From: Escherichia coli
GTDB lineage: Bacteria; Pseudomonadota; Gammaproteobacteria; Enterobacterales; Enterobacteriaceae
Direction: 5' to 3' (one strand)
DNA: 64,000 nucleotides
NCBI RefSeq assembly: GCF_041886205.1
Contig: NZ_CP169029.1
Shown here: positions 1 through 12,152 of the stretch, one piece after another
How positions within the stretch are numbered: the stretch's first letter is position 1
Layout of the letters: every line of letters starts with the position of its first letter
Made by a program: the position numbers and the translations under genes
The notes under the pieces: generated by a model
The model's database searches: none
The model's input: only the letters and a program-made list of their open reading frames with translations
What the model was told of the DNA's origin: nothing

Positions 1-1428
1 GATCAGTGAGAAAGCCAGTTGTCCTGTGGTTAAAGCGGAGTGCGCGGAGTATGTCGGTAAGATGTCCTGTATCGCCCACGGCTGACGACCAAACTCGGTC
101 ATAAACCACCCGGCTTCAATCGCAATCCACGGCAACGGCAAACTCCAGAGCGCCATTTTCAGCACCCAGCGATGCTGGTCGATTTTGCCACGCAGCGTCT
201 GGACAAGCGCAATCAGCATCACCAGTAGCAGCAGGGAACCACAGCCCACCATGATGCGGAAACTCCAGAATACCGGCGCAACCTGAGGTATCGCGCCACG
301 CATCGCCGCCTGGTACTGTGCGGCTGTGACATGATTCATATCCGGCGCATAGCGGGAGAGCAACATGCCGTAACCAAGGTCGCCTTCCAGCTCCCGGAAT
401 GCCTGCAACACATGCGGCTCACGATTGCCTTGCGATATTTCCTGCATTAACAGCCAGGCCATACGTCCGCGTTGCAAGCGTGGGTAGGTTTCAGCCATCA
501 AATTCTTCAGACCCGGCACGGGTTTATCTAATGAGTGAGTGGCGAGGATCCCTAGCAGCGCGGGAATTTTGATGGCAAAGGCGTTACGCTCTTGATCCTG
601 TTCCGGCCAGGCAACCACATGGAACGGTGCAGGAGCAGGTTCCGTTTGCCACTCCCCTTCCATCGCCGCCAGTTTTACCGGTTGTACTTGCGCGACTTCA
701 TACGCAGAACTGTCTCCGAGTTGCAGGGTACCGATAATCGCCAGAGTACCGAAGACGGAACCGATGGCAAACGAGCGTAATGCGACATCGCGCTCCCGTC
801 CGCGCAGTAAATACCAGGCGCTGATCGCCATAATAAACATGGCCCCGGTCACGTAGCCCGCCATTACGGTGTGCACAAATTTCACCTGGCTGACCGGGTT
901 AAAGACCAACTCGCTGAAACTGGTCATCTCCATACGCAGGGTGTCGATATCAAAATGCGCACCGGTCGGGTATTGCATCCAACCGTTGGCATTCAATATC
1001 CACAACGCAGAGAGATTTGAACCGAACGCCACCAGCCACGTCACCAGCAGGTGCTGGTATTTATTCAGCCGTTGCCAGCCGAAGAAGAACAGCCCGACAA
1101 AGGTGGATTCGAGGAAGAAGGCCATTAATGCTTCCATCGCCAGTGGTGCGCCAAAAATATCGCCCACATAGTTGGAATAGAATGACCAGTTAGTACCAAA
1201 CTGAAACTCCATGGTCAGGCCGGTAGCCACGCCAAGAGCAAAGTTGATACCGAAGAGCTTACCCCAGAAGCGCGTCATATCGCGGTAGATTGTTTTGCCG
1301 GTGACCACGTAAATGGTTTCCATGATAGCCAGCAAAAAAATCAGCCCCAGGGTAAGGGGTACAAATAAAAAGTGATACAGCGCGGTCAGAGCAAACTGCC
1401 AGCGCGATAAATCAATGACATCCCACAT
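1..1428 (-). CDS. appC: Cytochrome bd-II ubiquinol oxidase subunit I (AppC/CbdA), N-terminal ~476 codons; 3' end runs off the window start
   Basis: Reverse-strand translation from ATG (complement of 1426..1428) reads MWDVIDLSRWQFALTALYHFLFVPLTLG..., recognisable as AppC. The ORF continues past position 1, so it is absent from the ORF track. Confidence 0.9.
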   Translation of the reverse strand, partial: MWDVIDLSRWQFALTALYHFLFVPLTLGLIFLLAIMETIYVVTGKTIYRDMTRFWGKLFGINFALGVATGLTMEFQFGTNWSFYSNYVGDIFGAPLAMEALMAFFLESTFVGLFFFGWQRLNKYQHLLVTWLVAFGSNLSALWILNANGWMQYPTGAHFDIDTLRMEMTSFSELVFNPVSQVKFVHTVMAGYVTGAMFIMAISAWYLLRGRERDVALRSFAIGSVFGTLAIIGTLQLGDSSAYEVAQVQPVKLAAMEGEWQTEPAPAPFHVVAWPEQDQERNAFAIKIPALLGILATHSLDKPVPGLKNLMAETYPRLQRGRMAWLLMQEISQGNREPHVLQAFRELEGDLGYGMLLSRYAPDMNHVTAAQYQAAMRGAIPQVAPVFWSFRIMVGCGSLLLLVMLIALVQTLRGKIDQHRWVLKMALWSLPLPWIAIEAGWFMTEFGRQPWAIQDILPTYSAHSALTTGQLAFSLI

Positions 1429-1561
1429 GCGCACTCCTGTAGGCGAAGAGAGAAAAATAACCCGATAATGGTAGATCTCCCTCTTTATCCTGAAACTCTA
1501 CGACCAGAGGTATTCGCCGATTGCGATATTCATAAGACTGAAAGCGATACTTACCGTCTTT

Positions 1562-2419
1562 TTACGTCGGTACACCTTCCGCCAGCCACTGACATACCTC
1601 GCTAAGCCGCTGCGCAGAGTCGACCAAATCTTCTGGCGCTGCCAGCACCACTTCCGGTATTGGGCAGATTTCATAACTTTCCAGTAACGGGCCTTTTAAG
1701 GTGTCCGTACAGCGTAAATGCCAGACATGGCGTAACCCCGTGGCGTTGATATAGCTCTCGCCATAGCCAATGGTACGAATCTGAATATTTCCCGGCCCAC
1801 AGAGACGTGAGAGAAAAAGCCGATCAGCCTCGCTGATGGGTAATTGCGTCAGATTAATGCTGTGCGGCTGCGCGTCGGGGTTACGTACATGCGCCAGTAA
1901 CTCATGCGCCAACGGTAGGCCATTCATCAGGCCATCAATGGGCGGCGGTAACAGCGAATCTGTCGGCAAGAGATTTTGCGTTGCCGCCTGCCACAACGCC
2001 AGCGGCGCGCAGCCAGCCTCCAGTTTGTCCTCCAGCAACTTTTCGCCGCGACGTCTGCGCACCCGCCATAATCCGCAGAAGATCGCCTCCTGTATTTCAC
2101 TTTCACTGTCGTCAGCCTGCTGAATGCGCACTGACACTTCCCCTTCCCCGAGAAGCGTATTGATAAAGTGACGATCGTCGGCGTTGAGATTTAACAGATC
2201 GACTGCCAGCACCTCGCCCAACGGCGGCTGGCGTTCGCTTAGTTGATGTTGTAACTCGTTTAACAGCGCAATCACCTGCGGGCTGTGAGCACATTGCTCC
2301 AGGGCCGCCATACTCGGTTCATCATTCACCTGACAGGTGATCGGCAGTGGATTCATGCTGAAACTGTCATCGTTCGGTTGCGTTCCTGGCCCCAGCAGAT
2401 GGAAAAAAGTTTCGCTCAT
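1562..2419 (-). CDS. hyaF: Hydrogenase-1 operon protein HyaF (285 aa)
   Basis: Track ORF 1562..2479; the known product starts at [12 protein letters not shown] (ATG at 2419). Overlaps hyaE stop by 4 nt. Confidence 0.93.
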   Translation of the reverse strand: MSETFFHLLGPGTQPNDDSFSMNPLPITCQVNDEPSMAALEQCAHSPQVIALLNELQHQLSERQPPLGEVLAVDLLNLNADDRHFINTLLGEGEVSVRIQQADDSESEIQEAIFCGLWRVRRRRGEKLLEDKLEAGCAPLALWQAATQNLLPTDSLLPPPIDGLMNGLPLAHELLAHVRNPDAQPHSINLTQLPISEADRLFLSRLCGPGNIQIRTIGYGESYINATGLRHVWHLRCTDTLKGPLLESYEICPIPEVVLAAPEDLVDSAQRLSEVCQWLAEGVPT

Positions 2420-2814
2420 GAGGCACGCTCCTGCTGCGGTTCGACAAGCCCGCGCATCAGGTTTATCAGTTCCGCCCACGGGTGAATACCATTCAGCACA
2501 CCGCGATAGTTTCCGCCGGTAAACACTAATGTGGCGGGAAAACGAAAGACGCCAAAGCGATCGCCGATGGCTTCGCTCTGCTCAAGGTCAGCAATCGCCA
2601 CCTGCCATGTATAGTCGGGAAACTCGCGCAGTAATTCGCCAATCATTACCGGATTATCGCTGACCTCTGGCGTGCGTTTCGGGTCACTGCTTAATAACAC
2701 CACGCCGTCTGGCGCTTGCGTAAGCCAGTCGTCAAGACGGGATTCACTGACCGGCGTCCAGCCGCGCGCCAGCATTCGTTGCCACAACGCATCAAATGGC
2801 GTGTCGTTGCTCAT
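2416..2814 (-). CDS. hyaE: Hydrogenase-1 operon protein HyaE (132 aa)
   Basis: Track [22 protein letters not shown]... matches HyaE; 4-nt overlaps with both neighbours. Confidence 0.93.
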   Translation of the reverse strand: MSNDTPFDALWQRMLARGWTPVSESRLDDWLTQAPDGVVLLSSDPKRTPEVSDNPVMIGELLREFPDYTWQVAIADLEQSEAIGDRFGVFRFPATLVFTGGNYRGVLNGIHPWAELINLMRGLVEPQQERAS

Positions 2815-3398
2815 CCCTGCTCCTCCTGTGTCATCCGGTACTGGCGCAAGCGAACGCCTTCGTAATTTTCCATCGACAGACAGTCATAATTGAGACAACG
2901 CGATTCATTAGCCGGTTGCGGCACAATTCCCCATGCAGCCAGCTGCGCCAGCGCCGCCTGTTCCGCTGCGGGCAGTTGCTCCCGTGCCAGTTCGCTCAGG
3001 CTGCCGCCGTAGTCGTCGAGCATTGCGGGTTGCAGACCGACGAGGGCAATATGTGCTGGCAGATGTCCGCGGATATCTGCCAGCGCCAGCACTTCGGAGA
3101 AACTGTTCTGGTGCAGGCTCATTTTCTTCGCGCTGAGATAAGCCGGAATGCGTTCTCCGGCATAGGTTCGCAGCGTTCCAGGTTCCAGCCCGTAGTCAAT
3201 GGCATCGAGAATCAACAGATGGCTGGCGCTTTCGACATAGCCCAGCAAGTTCAGCCCCTGAGTGCCGCCATCAACAATCTCGACTTCATCGGGCCAGTGG
3301 TAATGGGCATACAGCCGTTCCGCCACCCGCACGCCGAAGCCTTCATCGGCCCACAGCAGGTTGCCCAGCCCCATGACCACCACGCGTTGCTCGCTCAT
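2811..3398 (-). CDS. hyaD: Hydrogenase-1 maturation protease HyaD (195 aa)
   Basis: Track [25 protein letters not shown]... matches HyaD. Confidence 0.93.
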   Translation of the reverse strand: MSEQRVVVMGLGNLLWADEGFGVRVAERLYAHYHWPDEVEIVDGGTQGLNLLGYVESASHLLILDAIDYGLEPGTLRTYAGERIPAYLSAKKMSLHQNSFSEVLALADIRGHLPAHIALVGLQPAMLDDYGGSLSELAREQLPAAEQAALAQLAAWGIVPQPANESRCLNYDCLSMENYEGVRLRQYRMTQEEQG

Positions 3399-4102
3399 GA
3401 ACGCTCCTTGTTACTTATTTTGCCAAATTTGTGGCTACGGTAGCCGTTGACCATGGTGGAGATCACCGTGTCGTCGGACATGATGTCTTCACGCAGCGCC
3501 ATATAGACATGACCGATCACAAACGCGCCAATCAGCCACATCCCCAGCCGATGCCAGCTGTGAATGTCCATTGAGTTGCCTCCCGTCCAGTAGAAAAATT
3601 CCACCACATAACGGAACGGCGCAAAAATAGCGTACTGGCTGTGTTCGCTGTACAGCGCAAAGCCGGAGATGATCATAAAGACCGACATCAGGAAATAGCC
3701 GAACATCGCCGCCTGGGCGATGGGATTATGGCCTATATCGGCACTCGGACGTTTTGCCAGAAACAGATACCAGCGGATTTCATACCACACGCCCTGCCAC
3801 CAGCTTTTACGCCATACCGGCACGATAAACAGCTCGCGGGAGTAACGATTGCCAACAAAAGCCCAGTAGATCCGCATCAGCAAGACCACGGTAAAAACCA
3901 TCCCGGCGCTGAAGTGAATTAACCTGATGTAGCCCATATAAAACAGATACGTCGCCTCGCCGCTGACGGAAGGTAGCGGCTTGCCGATAAAGTAACCGGT
4001 GACCATCAACACCGCCATGCATAACACCGTCAGCCAGTGCCAGATGCGGACTGGCGCTTCAAAGACATAGTGGCTGACAACGTTGTCGCTTTTCTGTTGC
4101 AT
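3395..4102 (-). CDS. hyaC: Hydrogenase-1 cytochrome b subunit HyaC (235 aa)
   Basis: Track [26 protein letters not shown]..., hydrophobic membrane protein, matches HyaC. Confidence 0.93.
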   Translation of the reverse strand: MQQKSDNVVSHYVFEAPVRIWHWLTVLCMAVLMVTGYFIGKPLPSVSGEATYLFYMGYIRLIHFSAGMVFTVVLLMRIYWAFVGNRYSRELFIVPVWRKSWWQGVWYEIRWYLFLAKRPSADIGHNPIAQAAMFGYFLMSVFMIISGFALYSEHSQYAIFAPFRYVVEFFYWTGGNSMDIHSWHRLGMWLIGAFVIGHVYMALREDIMSDDTVISTMVNGYRSHKFGKISNKERS

Positions 4103-4120
4103 GATGATTCTCCTTCGCTG

Positions 4121-5914
4121 TTAACGCACCTGCACGGAGATCAGCTCGCTACCGTCGTCGCCCAGCACGTGTGTTGAACAGGCGAGGCACGGGTCAAAGC
4201 TGTGCAGAGTACGCAGGATCTCCAGCGGTTGCTCGGGGATCGCCATTTTGGTGTTCATCAGCGCCGCTTCATAAGCGCCAATCTGCCCTTTGGGATCGCG
4301 CGGGCTGGCGTTCCAGGTGGTCGGCACCACGCACTGGTAGAGATCAATCTTGCCATCGCGAATGGCGGCCCAGTGGCCTAACGCCCCGCGCGGCGCTTCG
4401 GTAAAACCGACACCACGGCACTCTGTCGGCCAGGTTGTGGGTTCCCATTTTTCCGTGGAGGCGGTGGCAAGATTGCCGTTTTTCAGGTTAGTCATCAGCT
4501 TGTCGAAGAAATACTGTAACTTACCTGCGGCCCACTGCGCTTCGTGCGCGCGGCACAAAATGCGGCCTAACGTTGACTGGATACCGGAAAGCGGCAGGTT
4601 CAACGCCGACATCATGCGATCGACCGACTCAACGGTCGCAGCATCGCCTTTGTGATAAGCGATTAACGTGCGTGCCAGCGGCCCCACTTCCATCGCGTTA
4701 CCGCGCCAGCGCGGCGCTTTGATCCACGAGTAGCGTTCCTGTTCATTCAGCTGCTGAATGTTGGTATCGCTGCCTTTGACATCGCCGGGGTTGTACCACG
4801 GGTCGGTAATGCCATCGAATGGATGACGCCCGACCTGATCGTTGGGATAACGATACCAGGCGTGATCGACAAACTCCTGCACCTGCTGCGGATCAACCAA
4901 ATCCACTGGCAGCACATTGTTGAAGTCGCCGTTAATCACCGCGCCGCCAGGCATCAGCAGACTTTTCTCTCCAAAGTCGTTGGCAATATCCGGGAATGCG
5001 CCGTAGCTGAGAACGCATTTATCAGAAAGACCAGTGCCGATTTCGCTCCACGGTTTGTTGAACTGACCGATGGCTAAGGCGTCGGGGATCATCACGTTGT
5101 TAATGAAATCCGCCGTGCGGGTAATGATCGACTGCACCAGGTTCAGGCGTTCCATATTGACCGCCCCGACCGCGCCGCTTTCGTCAATGTTAATGGCGCA
5201 AGGCATCCCGCCGACAATCCAGTTTGGATGTGGGTTTTTACCGCCAAAGACCGCGTGGATTTTCACAATTTCACGCTGGAAATCGAGAGCTTCGAGGTAG
5301 TGGGCAAAGCCCATCAGGTTGGCTTCTGGCGGCAACTTGTACTGCGGGTGCCCCCAGTAGCCATTGCGGAAGATCCCCAACTGCCCGCCTTCAACGAATT
5401 TCTTCAGGCGATTTTGTACGTCGAAGAAATAGCCAGGGGATGATTTCGGCCAAGAGGAGAGACTTTGCGCCAGTTCGGAGGTTTTTCGCGGGTCGGCTTT
5501 CAGCGCATCTAACACATCGATCCAGTCCATCCCGGCGAGCTGATAGAAGTGCACCAGGTGATCGTGGCACCAGAGCGTTGCCAGCATAATGTTGCGGATG
5601 ATATTGGCGTTGTCCGGCACTTTAATACCGATGGCATCTTCGATGGCGTAAACCGAAGCCAGGGCGTGTACGCCAGTACAGACGCCGCAGATACGTTCAA
5701 CGAACGCCCACGCATCGCGCGGGTCGCGCCCTTGCAGGATGATCTCCAGCCCGCGAAACATGGTGCCGCAGGAGACGGCATTGGTGATCACATTCTGATC
5801 GTTAATATTCACTTCGCAGCGCATGTGGCCTTCGATGCGCGTAATCGGGTCAACCACCAGGCGGCGTCCGGCATTATTGATGGTGTATCCCTGAGTTTCG
5901 TACTGAGTGCTCAT
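4121..5914 (-). CDS. hyaB: Hydrogenase-1 large subunit HyaB (597 aa, NiFe)
   Basis: Track [33 protein letters not shown]... with the RxCGxC N-terminal and DPCxxC C-terminal NiFe-binding motifs. Confidence 0.95.
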   Translation of the reverse strand: MSTQYETQGYTINNAGRRLVVDPITRIEGHMRCEVNINDQNVITNAVSCGTMFRGLEIILQGRDPRDAWAFVERICGVCTGVHALASVYAIEDAIGIKVPDNANIIRNIMLATLWCHDHLVHFYQLAGMDWIDVLDALKADPRKTSELAQSLSSWPKSSPGYFFDVQNRLKKFVEGGQLGIFRNGYWGHPQYKLPPEANLMGFAHYLEALDFQREIVKIHAVFGGKNPHPNWIVGGMPCAINIDESGAVGAVNMERLNLVQSIITRTADFINNVMIPDALAIGQFNKPWSEIGTGLSDKCVLSYGAFPDIANDFGEKSLLMPGGAVINGDFNNVLPVDLVDPQQVQEFVDHAWYRYPNDQVGRHPFDGITDPWYNPGDVKGSDTNIQQLNEQERYSWIKAPRWRGNAMEVGPLARTLIAYHKGDAATVESVDRMMSALNLPLSGIQSTLGRILCRAHEAQWAAGKLQYFFDKLMTNLKNGNLATASTEKWEPTTWPTECRGVGFTEAPRGALGHWAAIRDGKIDLYQCVVPTTWNASPRDPKGQIGAYEAALMNTKMAIPEQPLEILRTLHSFDPCLACSTHVLGDDGSELISVQVR

Positions 5915-7029
5915 GCCTGTTTATCCTCATTGCCTGGCTGATGTTCGGTTTCTGTAGGTTGCTGGTTATGACGTCTGCGCTGGTCAACGGCGCTGGCGAC
6001 TGCGTGCACACCAACAGCCGCTGCCACCACGCCAAGCGCGGTTAAACCGACGGTGTCGGCGGTGGAATGAGTACCCATTTGCGGAATATCGACCACGCGG
6101 CTGTAGAACGAACCGCGATCCCAGAAACCATTTTCCGCACAACCCAGGCAGCCGTGACCAGACTGGATTGGGAAAGAAACGCCATCATTCCAGCGTGTGG
6201 AGGAACAGGCGTTATAGGTGGTAGGCCCTTTGCAGCCCATTTTGTACAGGCAGTAACCTTTGCGGGCAGCGTCATCATCCCAACTCTGGACGAACTCTCC
6301 GGCGTCGAAGTGGGCGCGGCGATAGCATTTATCGTGGATTCGCTGACCATAGAACATCAATGGACGGCCCATTCTGTCGACATCTGGCAAGCGATCAAAG
6401 GTCACCATGTAAGTAATGATGGCGCTCATCACATCCGGGATCGGCGGGCAGCCAGGTACTTTGATAATGGGTTTGTCGGTGATGACTTTGTCGATAGGCG
6501 TTGCCTGCGTCGGATTAGGTCGCGCGGCCTGCACGCAGCCCCAGGACGCGCAGGTTCCCCAGGCGATAATCGCGCTGGCTCCGGCAGCGGCACGTTTGAG
6601 TTTCTCAATAAACGGTCGACCGCTGCTGATACAGAACATCCCCTGCTCGCCCAGCGGCGGATTACCTTCTACTGCGAGGATATATTTGCCATTGTATTGC
6701 GCGATGATGTCTTCAAAGACTTCTTCCGCCTGGGTTCCGGCGGCAGCCATCAAAGTATCGTCGTAATCGAGGGAAATCAGGGAAAGGATGACGTCCTTTG
6801 CCAGTGGGTGAGCGGAGCGGATAAAAGATTCGGTACAGCAGGTGCATTCCAGACCGTGGATCCATACCACCGGAATGCGCGGTTTGTTCTCCAGCGCCCA
6901 GGCAATCTTTGGTGCCATTCCCGCGCCTAATCCCAGCGACGTGGCAGCCAGACTGCAATATTTGAGAAAGCTGCGTCGGGTAACGCCCTGACGCCGCATG
7001 GCCTGGTAAAATGTTTCCTCGTTATTCAT
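5911..7029 (-). CDS. hyaA: Hydrogenase-1 small subunit HyaA (372 aa) with twin-arginine signal peptide
   Basis: Track ORF 5911..7056; the known product starts at [24 protein letters not shown] (ATG at 7029), which carries a Tat motif RRSFLK. Confidence 0.93.
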   Translation of the reverse strand: MNNEETFYQAMRRQGVTRRSFLKYCSLAATSLGLGAGMAPKIAWALENKPRIPVVWIHGLECTCCTESFIRSAHPLAKDVILSLISLDYDDTLMAAAGTQAEEVFEDIIAQYNGKYILAVEGNPPLGEQGMFCISSGRPFIEKLKRAAAGASAIIAWGTCASWGCVQAARPNPTQATPIDKVITDKPIIKVPGCPPIPDVMSAIITYMVTFDRLPDVDRMGRPLMFYGQRIHDKCYRRAHFDAGEFVQSWDDDAARKGYCLYKMGCKGPTTYNACSSTRWNDGVSFPIQSGHGCLGCAENGFWDRGSFYSRVVDIPQMGTHSTADTVGLTALGVVAAAVGVHAVASAVDQRRRHNQQPTETEHQPGNEDKQA

Positions 7030-7414
7030 ATCGCACGTCTCTTCTCCTTGCGACACCGGCAGGACACCGGGCGCTTATGGTCGGCAAGCGACGTCCCTGT
7101 AGCAAGGCAAACCATCGCTTCACGTGAGATGCTGAAAACGAAAGCTCATCCTTCTGCACTGGCGCACGTCGCCAGAAAGTGTTGTTAATAAAGAGTAGTG
7201 AAACTTTTGCACAAAACAATACAAACTGTGTGGATTTATCTTTTAGCGATAAAAATGGACCTATTTTTCTTTTTGCCGGGCGGTGGGGATGTTTAGCCAG
7301 TTGCTAAACGAGTAAAAGAGAAGGAATTCATGGTGATGAAATGATCAATCTGCTGTTATTTCACGCTATCAATGCACTTTTGGCTGTTTTTCAGGCAAAC
7401 AAACAAATTAGGGG

Positions 7415-7443
7415 TTTACACGCCGCATCGGGATGTTTATAGT
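7415..7443 (+). promoter_or_regulatory. serT promoter: TTTACA (7415..7420), 17-nt spacer, TATAGT (7438..7443), GC-rich discriminator
   Basis: Near-consensus sigma70 hexamers with ideal spacing, 12 nt upstream of the mature tRNA 5' end; the GC-rich discriminator GCGCGTC is typical of stringently controlled stable-RNA promoters. Confidence 0.75.
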
Positions 7444-7455
7444 GCGCGTCATTCC

Positions 7456-7543
7456 GGAAGTGTGGCCGAGCGGTTGAAGGCACCGGTCTTGAAAACCGGC
7501 GACCCGAAAGGGTTCCAGAGTTCGAATCTCTGCGCTTCCGCCA
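7456..7543 (+). tRNA. serT: tRNA-Ser (anticodon UGA), 88 nt, with encoded CCA end
   Basis: Sequence GGAAGTGTGGCCGAGCGGTTGAAGGCACCGGTCTTGAAAACCGGCGACCCGAAAGGGTTCCAGAGTTCGAATCTCTGCGCTTCCGCCA read directly; long variable arm typical of a class II tRNA. Confidence 0.95.
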
Positions 7544-7551
7544 AATAAGAT

Positions 7552-7584
7552 AAGGGGTTAGCTAAATGCTAACCCCTTTTTCTT
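7552..7584 (+). terminator. Intrinsic terminator after serT
   Basis: Hairpin AAGGGGTTAGC-TAAAT-GCTAACCCCTT followed by a T-rich tract. Confidence 0.8.
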
Positions 7585-7749
7585 TTGCCTGTCGAAATTC
7601 TCAGGGCGTTATATTTGCTTAATGACCTGATAATCCGCTGTTAAACCTGTTCCAGATCAAATGCGTAAAGATGGGTAAAACTTCTGGGTGCCCTTACGCA
7701 TTATCATTATGCTGCTTAATTAATTACATCTGTCATAGAGAGTGACTCA

Positions 7750-8409
7750 ATGGATCGTATTGTTAGTTCTTCACATGACCGTACATCACTGCTTAGCACC
7801 CATAAGGTGCTGCGTAATACCTATTTTCTGCTGAGCCTGACGCTGGCCTTTTCGGCGATTACCGCAACTGCCAGTACGGTGCTGATGCTGCCATCTCCGG
7901 GTCTGATTCTGACGCTGGTGGGTATGTATGGTTTGATGTTCCTGACCTATAAAACGGCGAATAAGCCGACCGGGATTATCTCCGCATTCGCCTTTACCGG
8001 TTTTCTGGGTTATATCCTCGGACCAATTCTGAACACCTATCTGTCTGCCGGAATGGGTGACGTAATCGCTATGGCACTGGGCGGAACGGCGTTAGTGTTC
8101 TTCTGCTGCTCTGCATATGTGCTGACCACCCGCAAAGATATGTCGTTCCTCGGCGGTATGCTGATGGCGGGTATTGTGGTGGTGCTGATTGGTATGGTTG
8201 CTAATATCTTCCTGCAACTGCCTGCTCTGCATCTGGCGATCAGCGCGGTCTTCATTCTGATCTCCTCTGGCGCTATTTTGTTTGAAACCAGCAACATAAT
8301 TCATGGCGGTGAAACGAACTATATTCGTGCCACGGTTAGCCTGTATGTTTCGCTGTACAACATCTTCGTCAGCCTGCTGAGCATTCTGGGCTTCGCCAGC
8401 CGCGATTAA
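7750..8409 (+). CDS. yccA: Inner membrane protein YccA (BAX inhibitor-1 family, FtsH modulator), 219 aa
   Basis: Track [37 protein letters not shown]... matches YccA. Confidence 0.93.
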   Translation: MDRIVSSSHDRTSLLSTHKVLRNTYFLLSLTLAFSAITATASTVLMLPSPGLILTLVGMYGLMFLTYKTANKPTGIISAFAFTGFLGYILGPILNTYLSAGMGDVIAMALGGTALVFFCCSAYVLTTRKDMSFLGGMLMAGIVVVLIGMVANIFLQLPALHLAISAVFILISSGAILFETSNIIHGGETNYIRATVSLYVSLYNIFVSLLSILGFASRD

Positions 8410-8431
8410 TCTCACCCGCTAACACTTTCAT

Positions 8432-8462
8432 AGCCTCGCTTTATGCGGGGCTTTGTTTTTTG
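8432..8462 (+). terminator. Probable intrinsic terminator after yccA
   Basis: Hairpin AGCCTCGC-TTTAT-GCGGGGCT (one G-U pair) followed by TTGTTTTTTGTT. Confidence 0.6.
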
Positions 8463-8499
8463 TTACACTGCCGCCAGTCTGATTAAGGTAGTAATAATT

Positions 8500-8829
8500 A
8501 TGCTGATCTTCGAAGGTAAAGAGATAGAAACGGATACCGAAGGCTATCTCAAAGAAAGCAGCCAGTGGAGTGAACCGCTGGCAGTGGTGATTGCAAAGAA
8601 CGAAGGGATTTCGCTGTCGCCAGAACACTGGGAAGTGGTGCGTTTTGTGCGTGATTTCTATCTGGAATTTAATACGTCTCCGGCGATTCGTATGCTGGTA
8701 AAAGCGATGGCGAATAAATTTGGTGAAGAAAAAGGTAACAGCCGCTATTTATACCGACTGTTCCCGAAAGGCCCGGCAAAGCAAGCCACCAAAATTGCTG
8801 GCCTGCCAAAACCGGTAAAATGTATTTAA
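8500..8829 (+). CDS. tusE: Sulfurtransferase TusE (109 aa)
   Basis: Track ORF 8443..8829; the known product starts at [19 protein letters not shown] (ATG at 8500). Confidence 0.9.
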   Translation: MLIFEGKEIETDTEGYLKESSQWSEPLAVVIAKNEGISLSPEHWEVVRFVRDFYLEFNTSPAIRMLVKAMANKFGEEKGNSRYLYRLFPKGPAKQATKIAGLPKPVKCI

Positions 8830-9104
8830 CGGATACGAAAATCGGTTAATTCACCCGAGGGATGATGCGGCTCGCTGAGCACCCGTTCTACACGCGCAGA
8901 ACGCGGGCCGCCACTCTTTAACCACTGCATTAATTTTTCTACCTGCCCTTCTTCACCGCAAGCAACCACTTCCACGCTGCCATCGTCAAGATTTTTGGCG
9001 TACCCGGTTAAACCCAGTCTTTTCGCTTCGTACTGTGTGGTGTAGCGAAATCCTACGCCCTGAACTCGCCCGTAAACCCAGGCAATTATGCAGACTTTCG
9101 ACAT
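8826..9104 (-). CDS. yccX: Acylphosphatase (YccX/AcyP), 92 aa
   Basis: Track ORF 8826..9317 contains [38 protein letters not shown]..., the acylphosphatase signature; start taken at that Met (9104). Confidence 0.88.
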   Translation of the reverse strand: MSKVCIIAWVYGRVQGVGFRYTTQYEAKRLGLTGYAKNLDDGSVEVVACGEEGQVEKLMQWLKSGGPRSARVERVLSEPHHPSGELTDFRIR

Positions 9105-9198
9105 TGCTGCTCTCCTTATCCTTAATGGACGCGTTGCAAATCCATGGAAAACTCCGGACAATGACGCCCATTTCTTTGCATCGACAGAAAAGTAAATT

Positions 9199-10389
9199 AT
9201 GAGTGTACGTTTAGTGTTAGCCAAAGGGCGCGAAAAATCATTACTTCGTCGCCATCCGTGGGTCTTTTCCGGGGCCGTTGCCCGCATGGAAGGTAAAGCC
9301 AGCCTCGGTGAAACCATCGATATTGTTGATCATCAGGGAAAATGGTTAGCACGCGGCGCTTATTCGCCAGCTTCGCAAATCCGGGCGCGCGTCTGGACGT
9401 TTGACCCGTCTGAGTCTATCGACATTGCTTTTTTTTCCCGCCGTTTGCAACAGGCACAAAAATGGCGTGACTGGCTGGCGCAAAAAGATGGCCTCGACAG
9501 CTATCGTTTAATCGCCGGAGAATCTGATGGCCTGCCGGGTATTACTATCGATCGTTTCGGTAATTTTCTGGTGCTGCAACTGCTGAGTGCTGGCGCAGAG
9601 TATCAGCGCGCGGCATTAATTAGCGCCCTGCAAACGCTTTACCCGGAATGTGCGATTTACGATCGCAGCGATGTTGCGGTACGTAAAAAAGAAGGGATGG
9701 AGCTGACCCAGGGCCTCGTCACCGGCGAGTTGCCACCTGCCCTGCTGCCGATTGAAGAACACGGCATGAAGCTGCTGGTGGATATTCAGCACGGACACAA
9801 AACGGGCTACTACCTGGACCAGCGAGACAGCCGCCTGGCTACCCGCCGCTACGTTGAAAATAAACGTGTGCTGAACTGTTTCTCCTATACCGGTGGTTTC
9901 TCCGTATCGGCACTGATGGGCGGTTGCAGCCAGGTTGTCAGCGTTGATACCTCCCAGGAAGCGCTGGATATTGCACGGCAGAACGTTGAGCTGAACAAAC
10001 TGGATCTGAGCAAGGCTGAGTTTGTCCGTGATGATGTCTTTAAATTGCTGCGTACTTATCGCGATCGCGGTGAAAAATTTGACGTTATCGTGATGGACCC
10101 GCCGAAGTTTGTTGAGAATAAAAGCCAGTTGATGGGCGCGTGTCGTGGCTATAAAGACATCAACATGCTGGCGATTCAGCTGCTGAATGAAGGCGGTATT
10201 CTCCTGACTTTCTCCTGTTCCGGTCTGATGACCAGCGATTTATTTCAGAAAATCATCGCGGATGCCGCAATTGATGCCGGTCGTGATGTACAATTTATAG
10301 AGCAGTTCCGTCAGGCAGCCGATCATCCGGTGATCGCTACCTACCCGGAAGGGCTATATCTGAAAGGGTTTGCCTGTCGCGTCATGTAA
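9199..10389 (+). CDS. rlmI: 23S rRNA m5C1962 methyltransferase RlmI (396 aa)
   Basis: Track [30 protein letters not shown]... matches RlmI (YccW). Confidence 0.93.
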   Translation: MSVRLVLAKGREKSLLRRHPWVFSGAVARMEGKASLGETIDIVDHQGKWLARGAYSPASQIRARVWTFDPSESIDIAFFSRRLQQAQKWRDWLAQKDGLDSYRLIAGESDGLPGITIDRFGNFLVLQLLSAGAEYQRAALISALQTLYPECAIYDRSDVAVRKKEGMELTQGLVTGELPPALLPIEEHGMKLLVDIQHGHKTGYYLDQRDSRLATRRYVENKRVLNCFSYTGGFSVSALMGGCSQVVSVDTSQEALDIARQNVELNKLDLSKAEFVRDDVFKLLRTYRDRGEKFDVIVMDPPKFVENKSQLMGACRGYKDINMLAIQLLNEGGILLTFSCSGLMTSDLFQKIIADAAIDAGRDVQFIEQFRQAADHPVIATYPEGLYLKGFACRVM

Positions 10390-10764
<375 letters not shown>

Positions 10765-10774
10765 TCCCTGAACA

Positions 10775-10812
10775 AATCCCCGGAAGGTTTTTGCCTTCCG
10801 GGGATTTTTTAT
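10775..10812. terminator. Bidirectional intrinsic terminator between convergent hspQ and yccU
   Basis: 10-bp GC-rich stem CCCCGGAAGG / CCTTCCGGGG with a 6-nt loop, flanked by an A-tract upstream and a T-tract downstream. Confidence 0.8.
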
Positions 10813-11222
10813 TTAGCCAGGCCCAGGCGAGGGATCTCAATAGCTGGGCAGCGATCCATCACCACATTCAACCCGGCATCCCGTGCCAGTACTGCCGCTT
10901 GCTCATTAATCACCCCCAGTTGCATCCAGAGGGTTTTCGCGCCAATGGCAATAGCTTCCTGTGCCACGCCCCACGCCGCTTCTGAATTACGGAAAACATC
11001 GACCATATCGACTTTTTCCGGAACGTCTGCCAGCGTGCCATACCCCTTCTGGCCCAGCAGCGTTTTGCCGGCAACTTTTGGCGAAACCGGAATGACGTGA
11101 TACCCCTGGTCGAGTAGATATTTCATCACGCGATAGCTGGGACGATCGGGTTTGTCGCTTGCCCCCACCAGCGCAATGGTGTGAGTGGACGTTAAAATGC
11201 CTGCAATATCGGTTTCTTTCAT
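10809..11222 (-). CDS. yccU: CoA-binding domain protein YccU (137 aa)
   Basis: Track ORF 10809..11303; the known product starts at [30 protein letters not shown] (ATG at 11222). Confidence 0.88.
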   Translation of the reverse strand: MKETDIAGILTSTHTIALVGASDKPDRPSYRVMKYLLDQGYHVIPVSPKVAGKTLLGQKGYGTLADVPEKVDMVDVFRNSEAAWGVAQEAIAIGAKTLWMQLGVINEQAAVLARDAGLNVVMDRCPAIEIPRLGLAK

Positions 11223-11394
11223 TATTTCCTCCAGACTGTTTAACAAAGTGTACGACAAAGCCGACATGCCAACCATGCAGCTAATACGAATGAATGAGAG
11301 CAAAAGCGGGAAATATGTCTATATGTTAGTAAGTATGATTAAAGAAAAATTTTGACACATTATTATTCGGGCGGTCTTTTGACAGGAGCTACCT

Positions 11395-12057
11395 ATGAAA
11401 ACCGGCATCGTGACCACCTTGATTGCATTATGTTTGCCGGTATCCGTTTTTGCCACCACGCTGCGGCTTTCAACCGATGTCGATCTTCTGGTACTCGACG
11501 GCAAGAAGGTTTCCAGCTCTCTGCTGCGCGGTGCGGACAGCATTGAACTGGATAATGGACCACATCAGTTAGTGTTTCGCGTTGAGAAGACGATTCATCT
11601 TTCCAATAGTGAAGAGCGGCTGTATATCTCCCCACCGCTGGTGGTCAGTTTTAATACCCAGCTCATCAACCAGGTCAATTTTCGCCTGCCTCGCCTGGAG
11701 AATGAGCGGGAAGCTAACCATTTTGATGCCGCGCCGCGCCTTGAATTGTTGGATGGCGATGCGACGCCGATTCCGGTAAAGCTGGATATTCTCGCCATTA
11801 CCTCAACGGCAAAAACGATTGATTATGAGGTCGAGGTTGAACGCTATAACAAATCCGCGAAACGCGCTTCACTACCGCAATTTGCCACGATGATGGCAGA
11901 TGACAGTACGCTGCTTTCGGGTGTTTCCGAGCTGGATGCTATTCCACCGCAGTCTCAGGTGCTCACAGAACAACGGCTGAAGTATTGGTTTAAACTGGCT
12001 GACCCACAAACGCGCAATACTTTCCTGCAGTGGGCGGAAAAACAACCATCTTCCTGA
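11395..12057 (+). CDS. yccT: Periplasmic protein YccT (220 aa, signal peptide), reported as curli inhibitor CsgI
   Basis: Track [33 protein letters not shown]... with a clear N-terminal signal peptide. Confidence 0.9.
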
Positions 12058-12152
12058 GATTTTTGTGCCTGTGCGCAGGCTTTTTCGGTCTTTATCTTGC
12101 AGCGATAAGTGCTTACAGTAATCTGTAGGAAAGTTAACTACGGATGTACATT

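Noticed and set aside
1562-2479. Longer N-terminal extensions proposed by the ORF track for hyaF, hyaA, hspQ, yccU, helD, fabA, pqiB, zapC, pyrD, ssuA, pncB, asnS, mukE and others
   Set aside because: The track starts at the most upstream in-frame start codon. The recognised protein N-termini begin at internal Met codons, several of which give 4-nt overlaps with the upstream gene typical of translational coupling.
7456-7749. Genomic island integrated at tRNA-Ser
   Set aside because: No integrase, no phage genes and no obvious duplicated tRNA 3' end; serT is followed directly by its terminator and the core gene yccA.
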